Source: an uncultured virus (IMG/VR IMGVR_UViG_3300011361_000001)
Lineage: Duplodnaviria > Heunggongvirae > Uroviricota > Caudoviricetes
Strand: one strand, 5' to 3'
DNA length: 64,000 bases
IMG/VR virus record: IMGVR_UViG_3300011361_000001
Location: 62,001 to 126,000 of that record
Part shown: piece after piece, positions 1 through 10,066 of the stretch
Numbering within the stretch: position 1 is the first letter of the stretch
Layout: each line of letters starts with the position of its first letter
Made by a program: the position numbers and the translations under genes
The notes under the pieces: model-generated
What the model was told of the DNA's origin: nothing
The model's database searches: none
What the model saw: the letters and a program-made list of their open reading frames with translations, nothing else

Positions 1-4
1 TGCC

Positions 5-655
5 ATGTCCATTAAAACACAACTGGTGGCGCTGTTACAGGCTGTTAATAAGGTCACCGACGATCTGACCGTGGCCCTTAAGAAAAAGGTGACCAGTGCC
101 TTTGCAGCGAACAATGCGTTGTTGCTGGGCGGTAAAATGTTCAACGAAATCATGACGACGAGTCGGGCCTCAGCCACCGCACATATCACCAGTCGCAACA
201 CCCACAGCACCACGGCTACACAAGTGGGTAGCTACACCACAGCAGAGTTTCAAGCGGCGTTGTCACAACTGCTGGCGGCGAAGTACGTACCGATCTCTCG
301 TTACGGTGCGCCGGGTACTACGATTGCACCTATCGTCTCTGGGTTGAACTTAACCTTAAGAGCGGTGGCGTGTTTCTTGGCAGGGATTTATGTGAACCTA
401 CCCCAACAAGTGTTGAGCTTTGCAAACAACACCAACCGCACCAACTACCTGTATTTGGAAGTGGTTAACAACGCGTTGACCTACGTGATCAAAACAGCCA
501 AGACGGCCGACACCTTGTCGAGTATGTTTTTGGGCACAGTGGTGACTTCTGCTACCGCTATTACCAGCAACACCTTAACACACGTATCTCGTTTGGATGT
601 GTGCCGAATGGTCACTAACCAAAACGGGACCTTGGGTCTGGTACGGGAGGTTTAA
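5..655 (+). CDS. Virion/tail-fibre-associated protein
   Basis: 216 aa. Shares architecture with the next two ORFs: NALLLGG motif, NTH..TATQVG unit, PISRYG, and a C-terminal N.T.YLY...SRL domain. Confidence 0.6.
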   Translation: MSIKTQLVALLQAVNKVTDDLTVALKKKVTSAFAANNALLLGGKMFNEIMTTSRASATAHITSRNTHSTTATQVGSYTTAEFQAALSQLLAAKYVPISRYGAPGTTIAPIVSGLNLTLRAVACFLAGIYVNLPQQVLSFANNTNRTNYLYLEVVNNALTYVIKTAKTADTLSSMFLGTVVTSATAITSNTLTHVSRLDVCRMVTNQNGTLGLVREV

Positions 656-1342
656 ATGAGTCTGCTCACCAAAATTGCAACCCTGCGGGCCGAGCTTGAT
701 AGCTTGTTCACCGATGCCAAAGCCTTGCTTGCAAAGAAGCTTGCACGGGCTTCTGTGGCAGACAACGCCCTCACGGTACAAGGCAAGACCCAAACCCACC
801 TCACCAATACCGTGAACGTGGTTGTGGCGTCGCACGAGGCGAATAAAGCCAACCCCCATCAAATGACAGCGGCTCAGTTAGGAATGCTCACCAGAGCGCA
901 AATAGACGCTCTGCTGGCTCCTCTGATGCCACAAGGACAGCTGGCGGTGTCGCGTTACGGGACGATGGACAATATCTTCCCGTTCTCAAGTTCAACCGCT
1001 GTCAATGGTAATAACGCGTGGGGTTTTAGCTTCGCCAACACCGTCCCTATAATCATGACCGGTCAGGAAGGTGTGATGTCGGTTGGGGTTTACGATCTCA
1101 GAGAAGAAGTTGCGAACCCGACTAACAAAACCATCTACGTGTATGTAGTGTTAGAAGGTGGTGCTTTCCGTTATCGATTTAGCGACGTTCAGTTGGCTGA
1201 ATCGGATGTACGGATGTGGGTGGGCACGGCTATCACAAACGCAGGCGGTATTGCTAGTACAAAACTGCGCAAAGTCAGTCGATTGATGACGCAGTACCGC
1301 GTGTACACAGACAGTAACGGGACCATTGAGGTGGTGGTATGA
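656..1342 (+). CDS. Virion/tail-fibre-associated protein (paralogue of 5..655)
   Basis: 228 aa with NPHQMTAAQLG fibre repeat, VSRYG and NKTIYVY...SRL. GGAGG RBS upstream. Confidence 0.6.
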   Translation: MSLLTKIATLRAELDSLFTDAKALLAKKLARASVADNALTVQGKTQTHLTNTVNVVVASHEANKANPHQMTAAQLGMLTRAQIDALLAPLMPQGQLAVSRYGTMDNIFPFSSSTAVNGNNAWGFSFANTVPIIMTGQEGVMSVGVYDLREEVANPTNKTIYVYVVLEGGAFRYRFSDVQLAESDVRMWVGTAITNAGGIASTKLRKVSRLMTQYRVYTDSNGTIEVVV

Positions 1343-4155
1343 AAATCAATCTCAACCTAACGATGTTATCAGACGCCATGGGTCGTTACTTCCAAAGCTT
1401 ACATGATAAAGCCTTGAGTCGTATCGTCCCTGCAACAAGTGCCGACAACAGCGATGCTTTAAATGGGAATTCCTACGCCAGTTTGGAAACCCAAGCCCTG
1501 CAGACAATCAATGACCACTCAGCCCTTCGAGGGAACGTACACAACCTTACCCCGGCTGATGTAGGTGGTTACAGCACTGCGGAAGTTAACGACTTTGTGG
1601 CCACTCGGATGCCTGAAGGGATTCTACCGATCTCCTCTTACGGCACACCTGATTTCTTGCCGGTAGGGTTGGCAGGTACCTTCGAAGGAGCTACCACGAT
1701 TACAGGACCGCGTGATGCAGGCCTGTTCGTAGAAGATGACGGGACGCTGATCATCCTGCGTAACGGTACCAATGGCTCTAACCGTGGGGTGTATTACGCC
1801 TACCTGCGTAACGCTGTGGTGGGTAACTTGCGTCAAGCGGTGCGGACGAATAAGAAGTACCGTCCAGCTTACTTCCCAGCGGGATGGGAGGCAGGTTACA
1901 TCATCAACTCCAGCGAATCTGTAATCATGGGTCGCTTGCAGGATGCCAACGGTACTTTAGGGGATTACTTTATCTCCTTGACCAACGGTAGCTACAACGA
2001 TGCCAAACACACAGGGGCACTGATCTCACCTTCGACCTACCAAGGTGCACGAGGAACAGCCTTTGCTCTTGGGGCCAACATCTACCTCATGATTGCAACT
2101 GCAGTCAACGGGGGTGCACCCTTTGGGTTTCTGGTCTACCAAGTCAGTAAGAGTGCAGTCGCCGCTGGCGGTACGGTGTCCTTTACTCAGATCACCGGAA
2201 TCACCACCGCAGGTTTTAGCGGTACGGTCTCTGGGGTTAACTTGATTCAGTTGGCTAACGTCAGCGTCAGTGACAACCCTGATGTGAAACCCTTAGTGCT
2301 TTCAGTCGGGACTTTCAGTGCTCGTAACGTGTTCCATTTTGAGATTCCGTATGTCACTGTGGCGACGGATGAAGCCACAGGCATGGTGCGGTGTAAGGTC
2401 ATTGGTCGGTCGTACTTTGCCAACAGCTTCTCCAGTACACGTGGATACGTATCCTTCAGCTTCACGTTCAACCCAGCTACTAAAACAGCTAATTTGGATA
2501 ATCAGAACTTCACCCAAGCGACGATGACCCAACAAGCCAACAACAGCATTGTAGCGACTGGTACGTTGTATTCGAACGATGAACCGAGCCATGGTTTTCC
2601 AGTAGCCGGTAACGTGTTTGACACACGGGTGTACAGCGGTGGTGGTTGGGTCTTCCACATGATCCAACATGCTTTGGACAACCTTGCGTTGTACCGCTCA
2701 CAACTGCCTGACTTCACCACTAAGTTTGAAGCGCTGCGAGTACCTCGAGCGTCTGTGATCAACTACTCCGGCATCTCGCTACCTCCAGCCTTTGGCAGTG
2801 CAGTTGGGAGTAAGTTGTCAGGACCGATTCCGTTGTCTGACAGTCGTATCATTTTCTTCTCGCAAGGACGTAGACGAGTTGGTGATACCGCTAACACCAT
2901 GGCGTACACCGATCTGGAAGGAGCACCGGATGCCTACACCCACAAGTCGATCTATAACGGATCGTATTTGGGCTACAAGCCTTCGGCTAACCGCGACTTT
3001 ATCAATGACGTCAATGCGGTTGATCTGAATCGGTTGTACATTCCGGTCACAGAAGTTTCAGCCAGTGGAATTGTGGTGTCAGGTACACGTTACCAAGAAG
3101 TCTACAAATTAGAAGGACCTCTTCGAATTAATGCGGACTTCACAACCAGCGGTAACTGTAGTATCACTCAAGCGGCGGTTGATGACATCAAGAACAAGAT
3201 CACCACGGCGCTACTGGCGGTGGAATCGGGTCGTACTGTCAGTAAGTTGTTGGTTGATATCGTCATCCCACAAACCTCAGGCGTGCCTCCGTTTGCAGTG
3301 TGTCTGGTGTGGTATGCAGACCGTACGATTCAGAATTTTGTAGCACGGTTGAATATCACAGGTGGTGCAGGTAACGGAACCGTCACTCAAATGACGGTAC
3401 ACTCGTTGTCGCCACGGGTTATATTGACGAGCGCAGGGGTTGGGATTAACAACTACGGTTACCACATGTACCAAGGCCCCACAGTGATCTACACGGTAGG
3501 GTCTGTGTGCTTGATTGGTCACTCCAGTGCCTACAGCTTCAACTCGGTGGGTTCGGGTCCTCAGTCAAACATCCGGTTTAAGTTCAACAAAACAACCGGT
3601 GAGTTTGTCTTTAACAGCAACCTGTTTGCTTACGCTACCAACGTCACACACAGCAGCCACAGTTACTTTGCTACACCGACGCTGGGACTGGGTGTGATCT
3701 ACGGGATCGTGGGTTCAGGTGGGGCTAACGATGAATGGACGAAGTTGGTATTCGTACCTATCGCCAAAACCACAGAAGCTGAGTTTGACAACTGGTCGTT
3801 AAGTGGTGCTGCAAAGAGCAACTACCGTGTACTGGTTTCACAAGAGGTGGCTCAAGGGTGGGTGTTGTATTTCACGGAAGAAACGTCGGCGGTATTGAAC
3901 GGTAAGTTCTACACGCTACCGCCCCAGAACATCAACTTGTTAAACATCACCGCTACACCGGCTAACCGGACGTTCTACGTTCACGTGCAGGTGGTCGATG
4001 GTGTGGCTCAGTACTTGGTGAGTCTGACACGACAAGTCGATACAGCAACCCTGTTGTACTTGGGTCGAGTGGTGACGGGTGCAACTTCGATTACTACAAT
4101 CGATGTACGCAAAGCCTCACGTCTTGAAAACATTCAACTTGTAGCAGCAGGCTAA
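1339..4155 (+). CDS. Large virion structural / tail-fibre protein
   Basis: 938 aa, rich in Gly/Ser/Thr/Asn. Same N-terminus (NVHNLTPADVG, PISSYG) and C-terminus (NRTFYVH...SRL) as the two upstream paralogues. ATGA overlap with the previous gene. Confidence 0.65.
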   Translation: MKINLNLTMLSDAMGRYFQSLHDKALSRIVPATSADNSDALNGNSYASLETQALQTINDHSALRGNVHNLTPADVGGYSTAEVNDFVATRMPEGILPISSYGTPDFLPVGLAGTFEGATTITGPRDAGLFVEDDGTLIILRNGTNGSNRGVYYAYLRNAVVGNLRQAVRTNKKYRPAYFPAGWEAGYIINSSESVIMGRLQDANGTLGDYFISLTNGSYNDAKHTGALISPSTYQGARGTAFALGANIYLMIATAVNGGAPFGFLVYQVSKSAVAAGGTVSFTQITGITTAGFSGTVSGVNLIQLANVSVSDNPDVKPLVLSVGTFSARNVFHFEIPYVTVATDEATGMVRCKVIGRSYFANSFSSTRGYVSFSFTFNPATKTANLDNQNFTQATMTQQANNSIVATGTLYSNDEPSHGFPVAGNVFDTRVYSGGGWVFHMIQHALDNLALYRSQLPDFTTKFEALRVPRASVINYSGISLPPAFGSAVGSKLSGPIPLSDSRIIFFSQGRRRVGDTANTMAYTDLEGAPDAYTHKSIYNGSYLGYKPSANRDFINDVNAVDLNRLYIPVTEVSASGIVVSGTRYQEVYKLEGPLRINADFTTSGNCSITQAAVDDIKNKITTALLAVESGRTVSKLLVDIVIPQTSGVPPFAVCLVWYADRTIQNFVARLNITGGAGNGTVTQMTVHSLSPRVILTSAGVGINNYGYHMYQGPTVIYTVGSVCLIGHSSAYSFNSVGSGPQSNIRFKFNKTTGEFVFNSNLFAYATNVTHSSHSYFATPTLGLGVIYGIVGSGGANDEWTKLVFVPIAKTTEAEFDNWSLSGAAKSNYRVLVSQEVAQGWVLYFTEETSAVLNGKFYTLPPQNINLLNITATPANRTFYVHVQVVDGVAQYLVSLTRQVDTATLLYLGRVVTGATSITTIDVRKASRLENIQLVAAG

Positions 4156-4311
4156 GGGTCGGGGTCAGTGGTAAGGGAAATGCCCTTTATATTCACGTAG
4201 AAATCTCAGGAATCTTATGAGAGAGCGTTGAAAAAAGGGGCTCTCGAAACTGGCCTCTCGACACACCCTTTTTTTATACCTGCTTTAATTTCCAACCATT
4301 GGAGCAAAACC

Positions 4312-5112
4312 ATGAACAAGCGTTATTTCGGTTTTACCGATTTTTCGAACTGGGTGTCGACAAAGCTAAGCGAAGCGCTTGCCGCCGTTGATGCCGCTCT
4401 GTCTTCTACCGTCAAACAAACCGATGATTTCGGCCAGTATCGTGTCGGTGAAGTCGAACTGTCGGTCCTGTTGGCCGATCTGGCTTCCGGCGCTGATCTG
4501 GAGACGTTGCAACAAGGCTTCAACGAATTCGTTGCTGCCAAAGCATCGGCTGCTGAAGCGATCGCTGGTACTGATGACGTCAAGTACGTCACCGCCGCCA
4601 CCGCTCGTGCTGCCATCGACGCTGCTGTCAACGAACTGGTTGGTTCTTCTCCGGAAGCGCTGAACACCATCGCTGAACTGGCTGCTGCCCTGGAAAACAA
4701 CCCTGACGTGATCACTGAGCTGACGACCCTTGTAGGTCAGAAACTCGACGCCAACGCTCAGGCTGTTGACTCGGCAAAACTCGGCGGTCAAGCACCTGCT
4801 TTCTACGCCACGGCTGCTGCGCTGGGTGACAAGCTTGACAAAAACGCTGCGGCTGCTGATGCGACGCGTTTCGGCAATCAACTACCAAGCCACTACGCCA
4901 CTGCTGCTCAGGTGGGTAACAAGCTTGACGCTACTGCTCAGGCTGCCGATTCTGCCAAGCTCGAAGGTCGTACCAAGGCTCAAGTGATCGCTGACGTCCA
5001 GACTGCTCTGGCCCTCGGTACCGCTTCGAAGTCGAACATCTTCGTGTCGACCGTTGACCCGATCTCTACAGACGGCAAAGACGGCGACCTGTGGATCAAG
5101 TACACCGCTTAA
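4312..5112 (+). CDS. Tail fibre protein
   Basis: GGAG RBS before ATG 4312. Contains SPEALNTIAELAAAL, three KLD...A.D...LGG repeats, and C-terminal STVDP...DGDLWIKY, all typical of phage fibres. Confidence 0.7.
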   Translation: MNKRYFGFTDFSNWVSTKLSEALAAVDAALSSTVKQTDDFGQYRVGEVELSVLLADLASGADLETLQQGFNEFVAAKASAAEAIAGTDDVKYVTAATARAAIDAAVNELVGSSPEALNTIAELAAALENNPDVITELTTLVGQKLDANAQAVDSAKLGGQAPAFYATAAALGDKLDKNAAAADATRFGNQLPSHYATAAQVGNKLDATAQAADSAKLEGRTKAQVIADVQTALALGTASKSNIFVSTVDPISTDGKDGDLWIKYTA

Positions 5113-5137
5113 TTCAACCCATCTTGAGGTGCTCTAA

Positions 5138-5758
5138 ATGACCACGTATTTCTCGGCCTCGCGTAAAGGCCTGTTTAACATGCCGGTGGGTGATGCTGTT
5201 GAGCTGAGCGACGAAGTTGCAGAAGCTCTGATGGCTGAACTGTCTTCCGGTAAGATCCTGGAAGCTGATGCTGAAGGCAACCCTGTTGCTGTCGACGCTC
5301 CTTACGTACCGACTCCGGAAGAGCAGATGCTTGCCCGTCCGTTGGCCGAACGTCTGGTGATCCGTCTGGGTCGTCTGAACGCCGACTACGATTCTGCTGT
5401 CACTATCCTGAACAAGGATTACCCGACTGCCGAAACTCACACTTGGACGCTGCAGGTTACTGAAGCCCGCGAATACCAAGCGTGGATCGACGGTGGTCGT
5501 GTAGGTGACGAGCCGAACGTTCCGTTCATCAAGGAACTGAACGACAAGCGTACTCTGGCTGGCGTGGGCGACGGTTTCGAAGACCTCGTGACTCGTATCC
5601 TGGCGAACGACAGCGTGTACAGCCCAGCCCTGGCTGGCTTTACTGCTTACCGTCATGGTATCGAGAAGCAGCTGCGTGTTGCAGAAGCGATGGGTGATGA
5701 TGCGTCTTTCAACGCCATCACTTGGACCTTCGTTCAGCCGGGCGCACCTGCTGAGTGA
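5138..5758 (+). CDS. Tail fibre assembly chaperone-like protein
   Basis: Directly follows the fibre gene. N-terminal YFSAS..G / GK.L.ADAEGNPV and YP.AE..TW..Q..EA resemble fibre assembly proteins. Confidence 0.55.
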   Translation: MTTYFSASRKGLFNMPVGDAVELSDEVAEALMAELSSGKILEADAEGNPVAVDAPYVPTPEEQMLARPLAERLVIRLGRLNADYDSAVTILNKDYPTAETHTWTLQVTEAREYQAWIDGGRVGDEPNVPFIKELNDKRTLAGVGDGFEDLVTRILANDSVYSPALAGFTAYRHGIEKQLRVAEAMGDDASFNAITWTFVQPGAPAE

Positions 5759-5764
5759 TTGAAT

Positions 5765-5834
5765 CCGTGGGGCCTTCGGGCCTCACGGGTTTTATGCCGG
5801 CATAAAAAGGCCTGAGGGCTTTCGCCCCCAGACC
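5765..5834. terminator. Back-to-back terminators for convergent genes
   Basis: The + strand hairpin ccgtggggcc-ttcg-ggcctcacgg with a T-tract and a - strand hairpin at 5809-5834 with an A-tract are separated by the palindrome tatgccggcata. Confidence 0.75.
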
Positions 5835-5839
5835 AGCGG

Positions 5840-6112
5840 TTAGAAACCACAACGTGGTGTGTGGAAGTGAATGTCGATTGCTTCACCCACAGCGAACAGT
5901 GGGTTGTCAAGTACCATTCGTCCGATACCGTAAGAGTTGAAGTAGTCCTGTACCTCTTCTGGCTTACACACGCCATTGATGACAGTAAAGAACCGCTTCT
6001 CCTCCCGGTCTGACACCACGTAGCCATGACGGTTCTCTTCACGGATTGGGTAATCCTTACATTCAAAGAGAAACGCCAAACGCTCCAGAGGTCGGACTTG
6101 ATTAATCACCAC
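5840..6112 (-). CDS. Hypothetical protein
   Basis: 90-aa ORF downstream of nrdB that ends just before the terminator. Start uncertain. Confidence 0.5.
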   Translation of the reverse strand: MVINQVRPLERLAFLFECKDYPIREENRHGYVVSDREEKRFFTVINGVCKPEEVQDYFNSYGIGRMVLDNPLFAVGEAIDIHFHTPRCGF

Positions 6113-6181
6113 CCTGTCCTCGGGTCAGCCACGCGATGATCCCAATGCCTGAGACCGTTACAATTGCAAAGATAAGGTCCA

Positions 6182-7336
6182 TTAGAAGTCCACCACGAAT
6201 TCAACGTTTTCGTCGTCACGTTCCATGATCCCGACCTTGTACTGACCGTTAGCTTCTTCTTGCGGAGAGGCTTGGATGTCAGAGATGTTCAACCAGGTCT
6301 TCATGTAGTGTACCGGAATACGCTCTACGATCGGATGGTTGGTTTCCAGACCCATAGGACGGGCCACGTTCAGACCACACCAGTACACCCAGTCAACTGC
6401 TTGCTTGAGGTTCAGGTTCTGTAGGTCGTAACCATCAGCCCACAGGACGTCTTCAAGCCAGGTTACTTCAGCATGGATCACCGCATCGTACACCGCTTGC
6501 ATACGCGACTTAAGTTGCTGGTAAGCGATCTTGCCACGCTCGGTCTGAAGCTCGTTGTTCAGAATCATGCGGTCCAGTTCGACGTGAACTTCAAACTCGT
6601 CCTGAGCGATCTTCTGAATCGCTTTACAGGCCGGCATGAAGCTGTTCTCTTCACCCATGGCGAAGGTCACCACGAAGGAGGACATGAACTGCAGACGCTC
6701 AAGCACGAACATCAGGAAGGTGAACATGAAGATGGCGTTGTAGGTTTCCTGATCATTCGGGACGTCGCCCAACTGATACTGCAGACCCCGACGACGAATC
6801 CAGGAGAACTCGTTGGCCACCACCGCCAGACGCTGATGCGCTTCGACGATCCCCAAAACTTCTTCCAAGACCTTGCGAGGATCACGGAAGCTTGCCCGTA
6901 CGATTTCAGAATAGGTCGCACCGTGGACCACTTCGTTGTCGGAGATACGCTGCCAAGCCGCCCAGAGTTCAGGCGCTGGATCAAACAGGGAAACGATGTG
7001 ACTGATGGACCGTGAAGCCACCGAGTCGGCTTCCCACTGCCAGGCGAGCGAGTAGATCATCTTCCGCACTTTACGCGCGTCTTCAGATTCGAACTCAGCC
7101 ATGCAGGTAATGAACGGGAACTCATTCTCATCCCAGTCTTGGGACTTCATGGTCTTGTAGTTTTCCCAGATCTGTGGATACGTTTTGTTGATCGTATCGA
7201 ACAGGCCGGGTTGCTGACCCAGGAACAAACTCTTGTCGTGGTAGTCAGTCTTGTTCAGGTTAAAGACCGAAGGATCGATCTCAACCGTTTTGAGCGGGAA
7301 ACCACCTTGCGGCATTTCAATGGGTTTAAGTTGCAT
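6182..7336 (-). CDS. nrdB: Ribonucleotide reductase class Ia beta subunit
   Basis: Diiron ligands ADS, NEVVH..TY (radical Tyr), LERLQFMSSF and QDEFEVH. Start placed at MQLKPIEM. Confidence 0.95.
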   Translation of the reverse strand: MQLKPIEMPQGGFPLKTVEIDPSVFNLNKTDYHDKSLFLGQQPGLFDTINKTYPQIWENYKTMKSQDWDENEFPFITCMAEFESEDARKVRKMIYSLAWQWEADSVASRSISHIVSLFDPAPELWAAWQRISDNEVVHGATYSEIVRASFRDPRKVLEEVLGIVEAHQRLAVVANEFSWIRRRGLQYQLGDVPNDQETYNAIFMFTFLMFVLERLQFMSSFVVTFAMGEENSFMPACKAIQKIAQDEFEVHVELDRMILNNELQTERGKIAYQQLKSRMQAVYDAVIHAEVTWLEDVLWADGYDLQNLNLKQAVDWVYWCGLNVARPMGLETNHPIVERIPVHYMKTWLNISDIQASPQEEANGQYKVGIMERDDENVEFVVDF

Positions 7337-7348
7337 ACAACACTCTGA

Positions 7349-7380
7349 CAAAAAAGAAAGGAGGGCCGAAGCCCTCCTAC
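7349..7380 (-). terminator. Intrinsic terminator between nrdA and nrdB
   Basis: On the - strand: aggagggc-ttcg-gccctcct followed by ttctttttt. Confidence 0.7.
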
Positions 7381-7383
7381 AGG

Positions 7384-9873
7384 TTACATGGAGCAGGCAC
7401 CATCCGCGCACTCAGCCACTTCAACCGCATTATCGGTATTGAGGTGTTCAACCATCACGACCGTACCATCGTCCAGGGATTTCTCAGACGAGGTCAGGCT
7501 GTTGGTATAGTAACGCGACTTCATGCCCATCTTGGTCATATAGATGACATCGTTCATCATCTCGGTGGTCTTGACCGTCTCACCTGGGGGCAGGCGCTTC
7601 CACGTGTCAGCCGAGATACCTTGGTCGGTGAAGTACTGACCCAGGCCGTAGATGTCGATCTGGTCCACACTGGAAAGATCCCAGCACGATTCGTAATGTA
7701 ACACGTCGCTCTCAGGCGCAGCGAACCGCGTCACGATACCGTTGTCGGTTTTGGTCATCACAGCTTTACGCACGGGATAACGACCGTTGGGTTGACCGGC
7801 TCCTTTGGAGCTGGATTCGCCCGGCATGTGCGCTACAAGGCAGCTGAAACGTCCACCACCGAATTCCACGAGATCGCGACGGACTTGGTCCCAGTCACGC
7901 GTTAACGGCTGATCATGGATCTCTAGGACGGCTTTAGCACCATCGTCGAAAATCAGATAGCCTTCTGGGTACTTGGTCCGGTGAATCCACGGGGCGTTAC
8001 CAAACTCACGGCCCAGACGAATCGACTGAGTCATTGCGTGGTAGTAGTGGGTTTCGTTCAACTCGAACAGTTTGCCCTTGCCTTCACGGGTGGTGTAGCT
8101 GTACCCGTTCTTGGCCATCCAGTAAGCATCGCCAATGATACCCACGCCTGCGTTCATGCGGTTCTTCGAGGTGAAGCCGATGTGTGGCAGTTCGTAGTGG
8201 GTCATGTGGATGCAACGATCGATCATCAGCAGCGCGTAGTACATCACGTCTGCGTATTCTTCATCGCTCTCGATCAGGCCCGGACAGATACCTGCAATGT
8301 TACACATCGCAACTTCAGGCTCGGCTTTACGCTCGTCGACTTGTAGGACGTCAAACTTCAACCCGTCCTTAACGAACTGGAACTGTTCACCTTGTTGCAA
8401 TTCGATCGCAGGAATCACCCGACGGGCTGCACGCAACGCATTGACCGGAGCACGTTCAACATACACAGGCTGAGACGCCGGCAGTTCGTACTGGTTGTCG
8501 TTGCTCGCCTTAAAGCGGATGTAACCGACGTCACTGGTCTTGTACAGATCCATCATGTCCGCATACCCGGAGGTCGGCAGCATGATCTCAACACACAGGT
8601 TGGTGGCCCAGATGGTGTCGTAGAACGGCGTCTGCATGTTGATGGTGTCAGCCCATGCCAAGTAGTAGCGACCGGTCTCGTAGGCTTCGTTCATCGCGTT
8701 CAGGATCAGTTCCCGTGCGTTGAAGTAGTTCTTGACGAACAGGGGGTCGGCTTCGTACTTGTTGTACAGTTCTTCGAAGTACTCAGTGTCGCCTGAGAAC
8801 AGCGCCGCGTGCAGATCAGGAGCAGTCAGGCTGTTGAAGCTGAAGAGCTTTTGCTTACGGGCCGCAAAGCGAACCATAAACTTGGAGATCGTCATCGTGT
8901 AGTCAATACCACGGATCTTCTTGTCTTCAACCGACATCGGGTTCTGCAGAGCCACCAAGGTTTCGGCTTCAGGGTCAAAGCCTGACCAAGACACGTTCAG
9001 TGCACCACCCCGGCCATTTTGCAGGTTGCACTTAACCATGGCCTTTTCAGCACGCAGGTAAGGCAGCTTACCTTGGTGTTGAATCGCCCCGCCACGCACT
9101 TCATCACCGAGCGAACGGGAGTTGAAGTAGGTACCGGTACCGGCTGACATATACGTCATGGTGTAGGCAATGTGCAGACCAATACCAATCGAACGCGCCG
9201 AGTCGTGGTTGGTGTAGATGCAGCACGAAGTAAAGCCTTTGAGTGGGGTACCCAGGTTTACGTAGTTTGGCGTCGGTGCATTGAGCTTGCCGGTGCTGAG
9301 GTAGTAGTACCACTTCTTGATGTGCTTCAAGCGATCTGCAGCAGGGAAGCTTTCCGACAAGGCCATCGCCATACGCATGTAGACAAACTGCGGGGTTTCA
9401 TAGCTCTTGCCTGTCACCCGGTTCTGGACCGCGTACTTCTTGTAGATGTACTCGATGCGAGAATGGATGTACGACTTGTCGATATCGTGGTCAATCACCT
9501 TTTCCACAGCCGCGTATTCAGCGTCCGTGTAGTCCAAGTGATCCATCAAACCCAACCCGATCAGCTTCTGATGCAGCTGCTGAACGGTGGGGACGTCATG
9601 ACCGTAAGTCGCTTTGGTAATCAGCGGGGCATAAAGGCGACCGGCCATCTGGTAATGAGGCCAGCTCTCGCCACGCAGGACGACATCAATCAGTTTCTTC
9701 TGGAAGTCTTGAGTGGTCATGCGCTCAGGACATTCGTTTACCGCAGTGATCACGATGCTCGGCCAATCGACCTTCTTACCTACTTTCTCGGCAGCCCATT
9801 CTGCCCAGCGGGCGACCTTCTTTGCTGTAAAGGGTTCTTCGGTTCCGTCGAACTTCACCATGGTCTTAAGCAT
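7384..9873 (-). CDS. nrdA: Ribonucleotide reductase class Ia alpha subunit
   Basis: N-terminal ATP-cone-like segment, ETPQ, PTP, TSCC, catalytic NLCVEI, AMCN, MPGESSS, SRYY and C-terminal CADGACSM. Confidence 0.95.
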   Translation of the reverse strand: MLKTMVKFDGTEEPFTAKKVARWAEWAAEKVGKKVDWPSIVITAVNECPERMTTQDFQKKLIDVVLRGESWPHYQMAGRLYAPLITKATYGHDVPTVQQLHQKLIGLGLMDHLDYTDAEYAAVEKVIDHDIDKSYIHSRIEYIYKKYAVQNRVTGKSYETPQFVYMRMAMALSESFPAADRLKHIKKWYYYLSTGKLNAPTPNYVNLGTPLKGFTSCCIYTNHDSARSIGIGLHIAYTMTYMSAGTGTYFNSRSLGDEVRGGAIQHQGKLPYLRAEKAMVKCNLQNGRGGALNVSWSGFDPEAETLVALQNPMSVEDKKIRGIDYTMTISKFMVRFAARKQKLFSFNSLTAPDLHAALFSGDTEYFEELYNKYEADPLFVKNYFNARELILNAMNEAYETGRYYLAWADTINMQTPFYDTIWATNLCVEIMLPTSGYADMMDLYKTSDVGYIRFKASNDNQYELPASQPVYVERAPVNALRAARRVIPAIELQQGEQFQFVKDGLKFDVLQVDERKAEPEVAMCNIAGICPGLIESDEEYADVMYYALLMIDRCIHMTHYELPHIGFTSKNRMNAGVGIIGDAYWMAKNGYSYTTREGKGKLFELNETHYYHAMTQSIRLGREFGNAPWIHRTKYPEGYLIFDDGAKAVLEIHDQPLTRDWDQVRRDLVEFGGGRFSCLVAHMPGESSSKGAGQPNGRYPVRKAVMTKTDNGIVTRFAAPESDVLHYESCWDLSSVDQIDIYGLGQYFTDQGISADTWKRLPPGETVKTTEMMNDVIYMTKMGMKSRYYTNSLTSSEKSLDDGTVVMVEHLNTDNAVEVAECADGACSM

Positions 9874-10043
9874 TGGAAAACCTTTTCTAATTCAAGTCAA
9901 TCGGGGGTTAAAAATGTGTGTCTGCTATACCATAGGGTCAACGGACTCTCATCCGGACTTCGGACCTCAGGACTCCCCAGTAAACCTGAAATCGGACACT
10001 TCGCATACCCTAGGTTAACCCTGTTATTTCTTATTAGAACGAA

Positions 10044-10066
10044 AATAATTTCAAATGTATATCATT
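10044..10066 (+). promoter_or_regulatory. Putative early promoter (TATATCAT)
   Basis: aaataatttcaaatgTATATCAT matches the elements at 22598 and 24254 and resembles the phiKZ early TATATTAC motif. Confidence 0.5.

Noticed and set aside
8323..8532. Functional intein in NrdA
   Set aside because: No TxxH or terminal His-Asn followed by Cys/Ser/Thr. Reported only as a possible remnant.
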